Below, piece by piece: positions 60,032 to 64,000 of a stretch of DNA of 64,000 nt. The first letter of the stretch is position 1, and every line of letters starts with the position of its first letter. The stretch covers positions 310,001 through 374,000 of the forward strand of contig JBEUKZ010000032.1 of assembly GCA_048128005.1 (NCBI GenBank), in the 5' to 3' direction. The translations under genes and the position numbers were made by a program. The notes beneath the pieces were generated by a model. That model had not been told where the DNA came from, did no database searches, and saw only the letters and a list, made by a program, of their open reading frames with translations. This DNA comes from Veleropilina oligotropha (taxonomy: Eukaryota).

Positions 60032-61333
60032 ATGACTAGCGTATACGGACGCAAGCTTAATCCATACCGCAGACTACGTGAGCCCCTCGCGGTCAAGGGC
60101 ATCCGCCAGTCGGTCACGATTACAAACAATCCATCAACGATTGCCCCGAACCAGCAGCTCCTGGTTCGATTCCCTAATCTCGGGGCGAATGACGTGATCG
60201 TTCCAGGGACTGCCCACCTTGCATTTACCATCTCACTGACCTCGGTAAATGCGAATAGGACTGTAGTGCAAAATATCGGCCGTGCCGTGATCAGAAAGAC
60301 CACGATAAAGATAAGTGGAAACGAGATCATGTCGATTGACGACTCCGACGTGTACCACTGCTACTGCGATCTCTGGAAGACCACCGGGGAGCGCAAGAAC
60401 GCCCAGTACCAGGGGATTGATACCAGCGATGGGCACAACACTACGAAGCATCGTGTTGGTGCGGCAGACGCCTTTAGACTGTCTGAGGATGTCGCGGTCG
60501 CGGCCGCGTACGGTAACCGATTCCGCATCCCGCTGGATTTCGAGCTGTTGGAAAGTCACATGCCATTCTATCAAAGCGCCCTTGGAGACCGTCTCGAGTA
60601 TGAGCTAACGTTCAACGACTACTCCCGGACTATCCGGGAGACGGACGACTCCGGTTCCAGCTATTCCATCGACAATATATCCCTCGAATATGACATGGTA
60701 ACCCAATCCGAGCTTGCCAGACGGATTCGAAATCAATACCAGGGTCAACTCGTAATCCTGTACGACCGTGTTCTCCGGCATCGGAAGCTCACCCTAGACA
60801 AGAGCGACTCGTTGTGGAATATGAATGTGAACGTACCGGCGAGGTCGATGAAAGGAATACTACTGTTGTTCGAGGACCCTGCGAGAGACGCCGCGCCATT
60901 CTCTCGCGATACTGAGGCCTTCTATAATCCGAAGATCACAAAGGTCGAGGTCACAATCGAGGGTGTCCCGAATCAAATCTACAGCCAGGGCATGCGAACA
61001 TACCAGATCTGGGAAGAAGCCAAGAAAATGTTCGCCTCCGGCTGCAGCAAGCGGCATCCTGAGGTCGCGATGGTCGCAAAGGACTTGGAGATGGCAGACG
61101 TCACCCTGGGCGAATTTCTGACTAAGAAATTTGCGCTCTGGATCGATATGCGGGTAACTGACGACGATCAGTTGCACGGGTCAGGCCGGAGGGTCGAGAA
61201 CGCCAGCGAAGGCATTACTATTCAGATCACTAAAACAGCCGAAGCGGCCGGTCCACTGAACGTCTACGAGTTCGTGATCATGGACGCACAGCTGAATATC
61301 GAGAATGGCCGATTCGTCGAAGCACTGTACTAA
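60032..61333 (+). CDS. Probable major capsid protein (double jelly-roll type)
   Basis: About 430 aa, beta-strand-like sequence, directly upstream of and overlapping the packaging ATPase; good ATG context GCCATG. The fold is inferred, not computed. Confidence 0.72.
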   Translation: MTSVYGRKLNPYRRLREPLAVKGIRQSVTITNNPSTIAPNQQLLVRFPNLGANDVIVPGTAHLAFTISLTSVNANRTVVQNIGRAVIRKTTIKISGNEIMSIDDSDVYHCYCDLWKTTGERKNAQYQGIDTSDGHNTTKHRVGAADAFRLSEDVAVAAAYGNRFRIPLDFELLESHMPFYQSALGDRLEYELTFNDYSRTIRETDDSGSSYSIDNISLEYDMVTQSELARRIRNQYQGQLVILYDRVLRHRKLTLDKSDSLWNMNVNVPARSMKGILLLFEDPARDAAPFSRDTEAFYNPKITKVEVTIEGVPNQIYSQGMRTYQIWEEAKKMFASGCSKRHPEVAMVAKDLEMADVTLGEFLTKKFALWIDMRVTDDDQLHGSGRRVENASEGITIQITKTAEAAGPLNVYEFVIMDAQLNIENGRFVEALY

Positions 61334-61937
61334 ACGATTTCCGCACACCAAGGACCCCCACTCCGCAATCATCTGCGGCCAGACGGGCTGTGGGAAGACG
61401 GTTTTCATGCTTGAACTGCTGGAGGGGGAGTATCGAGGCGTCTTCCGGCATATCGTGGTCCTCTGCCCCACGATCAAGTACAACAAAGCATACCAGTCTT
61501 GTCCGTGGATCTGGACCGACCCTGAGGTGTATTTAGTCCCCCCGGGTGAGCGACTCCATGACTGGCTGCGGGGGTTCTACCGGCTGTTTCAGGGGGAATC
61601 AACTTTATATATCATCGACGATTGCGCCGCGAGCAAGGCTATGGCAAAGAAACGGGACATGCTGACTTTGTTGGCCTTCAGCGGCAGGCATGCCGAACAG
61701 AGCGTATGGGTAGTGACGCAAAAGTACAACTCGGTCTTGAAGGAGCTCAGAGAGCAGACCCGCTGGGTCGCGCTGTTTCACTGCAAGGACCGCGACAGTT
61801 TCGAGGACTGTCTGCACGAGAACGATGTAATCCCGTCGCAGGATGAACGGACCGCGGTTCGCCGGCTGTTGTCCGAGACACGACACGCTAAGCTTCTGTT
61901 GAAAACTGATCAGCCCGTTGCTTATAGTGTGCTTTAG
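61305..61937 (+). CDS. A32/FtsK-HerA family genome-packaging ATPase
   Basis: Walker A GQTGCGKT, Walker B YIIDD, SGRH and VVTQ motifs. Confidence 0.92.
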   Translation: MADSSKHCTKRFPHTKDPHSAIICGQTGCGKTVFMLELLEGEYRGVFRHIVVLCPTIKYNKAYQSCPWIWTDPEVYLVPPGERLHDWLRGFYRLFQGESTLYIIDDCAASKAMAKKRDMLTLLAFSGRHAEQSVWVVTQKYNSVLKELREQTRWVALFHCKDRDSFEDCLHENDVIPSQDERTAVRRLLSETRHAKLLLKTDQPVAYSVL

Positions 61938-61968
61938 CATCTGTCTAGCATCTACAGCACTACCTAGC

Positions 61969-62709
61969 ATGTCGGACGCTGTATATCTAGCTTTTGCTTG
62001 CAGCCAGAGCCTAATCTTGCTCCTACTCGCAACGTTATGGTATTGGCATTATCGCTATATTAGACTGACGAGGAGATGTTGGAAACGCTTAAGGATGGAC
62101 AGCCTCATCGATCAACTTATGGATGACGAACAAGAAATGACCGTGGCCGGGCCACCCCGCTCGATGCCCGAGGACCCTAAAACCGGCGTAGCAGAGAAAC
62201 GGGAGAGGCTTGCAGCATTAGCCATTGGAGGACGGGCAGGCAAATACTTGGGGGGGAGCAACCTCACAGTTGACCGAATCGACGCTATGACCGACGAAGA
62301 GGTTGAAAAACACTACGCACGGTATGAAGTGAGGTTAGGTGCGGAGATGACGAAGACCCTGGGGACTGCAGCTATAAACCTCTATGCGGGGGCAGCTGGG
62401 ATGCTCTTGCCCATCCCACCACAAAATCAGCTACGTTTGATCGCTGACCTCGAGGCCGACCCTTTCATCTCACATGCGCTGTGCACTGCAAGCTGTGAGC
62501 TGTATCACAAGTACGGCATGTACCTCGCACCGCTGACCGCAGCGTTGACCACGGCTAAGCACTGCCGATTTGGACACGTCTGCCCGCCTAAAATACCAGA
62601 GCGAGATCAAGATGACAACGCAGGAAGTGGACCAAACGATGTCGAGCCAGCCGATCGAGAGCCAGCCGATAGAGAGGGTGACTTCATCGACAGACTCATC
62701 AGTGAGTAA
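61969..62709 (+). CDS. Hypothetical viral protein; start at 61969 (with N-terminal TM) or 62095
   Basis: Intact ORF in the gene run. Confidence 0.75.
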   Translation: MSDAVYLAFACSQSLILLLLATLWYWHYRYIRLTRRCWKRLRMDSLIDQLMDDEQEMTVAGPPRSMPEDPKTGVAEKRERLAALAIGGRAGKYLGGSNLTVDRIDAMTDEEVEKHYARYEVRLGAEMTKTLGTAAINLYAGAAGMLLPIPPQNQLRLIADLEADPFISHALCTASCELYHKYGMYLAPLTAALTTAKHCRFGHVCPPKIPERDQDDNAGSGPNDVEPADREPADREGDFIDRLISE

Positions 62710-63103
62710 AAAGGACCCGAAAAAAGTGGCTGCAGGTCGGGCCGGCGCTGCTGCTCGAAAAGCCAAGCAGGAGAAGCTACTGGCCGCGGTTCGAAAAATG
62801 AAAGAAGACATGAGTGCCCCAACAAGTGTTGTCGTTCCATCAGAACAGCCCGGGGAGGCGGTTCCAGCCGCAGAAAGACCGCGTGCGCCAGATACACGGA
62901 AATCGGACCTATTTAATTGGACCCAGGTAGCCGTCGCTGCCGGTACGGTTGCGTTGGTATTTGTTGTCTGGAAGACGTCCTCAGAACGCAGCAACCCTGG
63001 TCCATCCACACCACATCAACAGCCACCAGACGCGGACGCTAGGCAGCCTCGGGCCGCCCCCACTATCGAATTGAAGAAGCAGAACCCTTTTCATATGCAA
63101 TAG
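62612..63103 (+). CDS. Viral basic protein (KDPKKVAAGRAGAAARKAK) with a TM segment
   Basis: Intact ORF; hydrophobic VAVAAGTVALVFVVW. Confidence 0.75.
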   Translation: MTTQEVDQTMSSQPIESQPIERVTSSTDSSVSKKDPKKVAAGRAGAAARKAKQEKLLAAVRKMKEDMSAPTSVVVPSEQPGEAVPAAERPRAPDTRKSDLFNWTQVAVAAGTVALVFVVWKTSSERSNPGPSTPHQQPPDADARQPRAAPTIELKKQNPFHMQ

Positions 63104-63132
63104 TCGCAAATCAATAGTACTAATCAACAGTT

Positions 63133-63372
63133 ATGACTACCCCAATCACTGATGGAAAGATGCTCGGCAACGCTGTATACCACGCCGCTATAGTGTCAGG
63201 CCTCGCCATTGGCTACGCACGCCTGACAAAGATGGTATTCAAGGGAGCGAGCCCCAAACTGGACTTCACGGGCTACGATGTCGGGATGGTCGTCCTCGAC
63301 GTAGCGCTCGCCATGGCGACGAAAGACATGCTGATCAAGCAAGGCATCATTCCGGCCGATATATTGAAGTAG
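63133..63372 (+). CDS. Small hydrophobic viral protein (79 aa)
   Basis: Intact ORF with two hydrophobic segments. Confidence 0.75.
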   Translation: MTTPITDGKMLGNAVYHAAIVSGLAIGYARLTKMVFKGASPKLDFTGYDVGMVVLDVALAMATKDMLIKQGIIPADILK

Positions 63373-63403
63373 TGGGACCTTGCTAGATAATCGCAGCATT
63401 TCA

Positions 63404-63835
63404 ATGGCTTCCATTGCGATGCTGGTTGGGGGCGCTCTCGTCAACGCCCTCGCCTTCAGCGGCTCGAACTTCCTCTTCTCGAAGCTACGCAGCTCCGGTG
63501 TCGATGCGGAGCGTAAACGCCACGACATTGCTGTAGAACAGCTCAATGCTGCTCAGACTAAATGGTCACAACAGAGGGCAGAGCGTCTCGACTGGCTGAA
63601 CGTTGAACTTCGCCGCCAGGGTCATGCCGTTGGGACATTCCGAGATGTTGACGCCGCGATCCGTGAGTATGCATTGATCACCGGCAAGAACCTTGACCCC
63701 ACCGCTGTGGGAGGTGGCCCTGAGCCCCAGCTGTCTGACTACTACACACCGAGCGATGCCCAGAAGGGACGTGAGATCACCTTCATCATCCTGGGGATGG
63801 CTGCGACCGGGTTGGTAGCCTACAAGCTCGCCTAA
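63404..63835 (+). CDS. Viral protein with N- and C-terminal hydrophobic helices
   Basis: MASIAMLVGGALVNALAFSGSNFLF..., a coiled coil, then ITFIILGMAATGLVAYKLA. Confidence 0.8.
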   Translation: MASIAMLVGGALVNALAFSGSNFLFSKLRSSGVDAERKRHDIAVEQLNAAQTKWSQQRAERLDWLNVELRRQGHAVGTFRDVDAAIREYALITGKNLDPTAVGGGPEPQLSDYYTPSDAQKGREITFIILGMAATGLVAYKLA

Positions 63836-63876
63836 TTATTTCCAGTGGACATTTTTTTCGTGTGCCAGGTATAATA

Positions 63877-64000
63877 ATGGGGCTCCCAGAAGAGCTGTAC
63901 TGCGCTATGCTTGCGGTCGGCTATAGTACTACGTTACTCGACTGCTGGCGCCGCGACGAAAAGACTATGGTGCGGTTCGCGGTCCTGGTGCTCTCGGGCC
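63877..64000 (+). CDS. Possible next viral ORF, truncated by the window end
   Basis: Open from ATG 63877 to the end (MGLPEELYCAMLAVGYSTT...). Confidence 0.4.
   Translation, partial: MGLPEELYCAMLAVGYSTTLLDCWRRDEKTMVRFAVLVLSG

Larger units (their letters stand above)
54621..64000. mobile_element. Endogenous Polinton-like / MELD-type dsDNA virus, right part outside the window
   Basis: Sharp rise in GC; abutting intronless intact ORFs on both strands; packaging ATPase next to a capsid-sized ORF; penton-like ORF. Confidence 0.88.

Noticed and set aside
55776..63546. Antisense and nested ORFs within viral genes (e.g. 55776-56210, 56345-56653, 59824-60330, 62470-63009)
   Set aside because: These are shadow ORFs expected in GC-rich coding DNA; the opposite-strand set tiles the region coherently.
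54621..64000. Bacterial prophage or contaminant interpretation of the GC-rich block
   Set aside because: No consistent Shine-Dalgarno motifs and no terminase, portal or tail genes were seen. The penton-like and A32-like genes point to a eukaryotic Polinton-like virus, and the junction lies inside a host LINE. Read-level confirmation is still needed.

Overview
This is AT-rich, repeat-dense genomic DNA from an animal, most likely a lophotrochozoan or similar invertebrate. Two intron-rich host genes lie tail-to-tail. SLC35B4 (nucleotide-sugar transporter, + strand) has 7 coding exons at 5976-16757, and its last intron is U12-type. TRMU/MnmA (mitochondrial tRNA 2-thiouridylase, - strand) has 7 coding exons at 21726-42261; its first exon was not found in the window. 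The introns hold two DIRS tyrosine-recombinase retrotransposons (1-4040 partial; 44432-51861 with complete ITR/ICR structure), a Penelope fragment with hammerhead-like motifs, tRNA-derived SINEs, MITEs, Helentron-like (HINE) elements with satellite cores, and a decayed CR1 LINE interrupted three times. The third interruption (about 54621 to beyond the window end) is the most notable feature. It is a GC-rich, intronless, gene-dense endogenous dsDNA virus-like element of Polinton-like/MELD type with intact ORFs. It encodes a probable major capsid protein, a penton-like minor capsid protein, an A32/FtsK-type packaging ATPase, many membrane proteins (one with tandem PSAP and LYPxL late-domain-like motifs) and a secreted cysteine-rich protein. 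No polymerase, integrase or protease lies inside the window.
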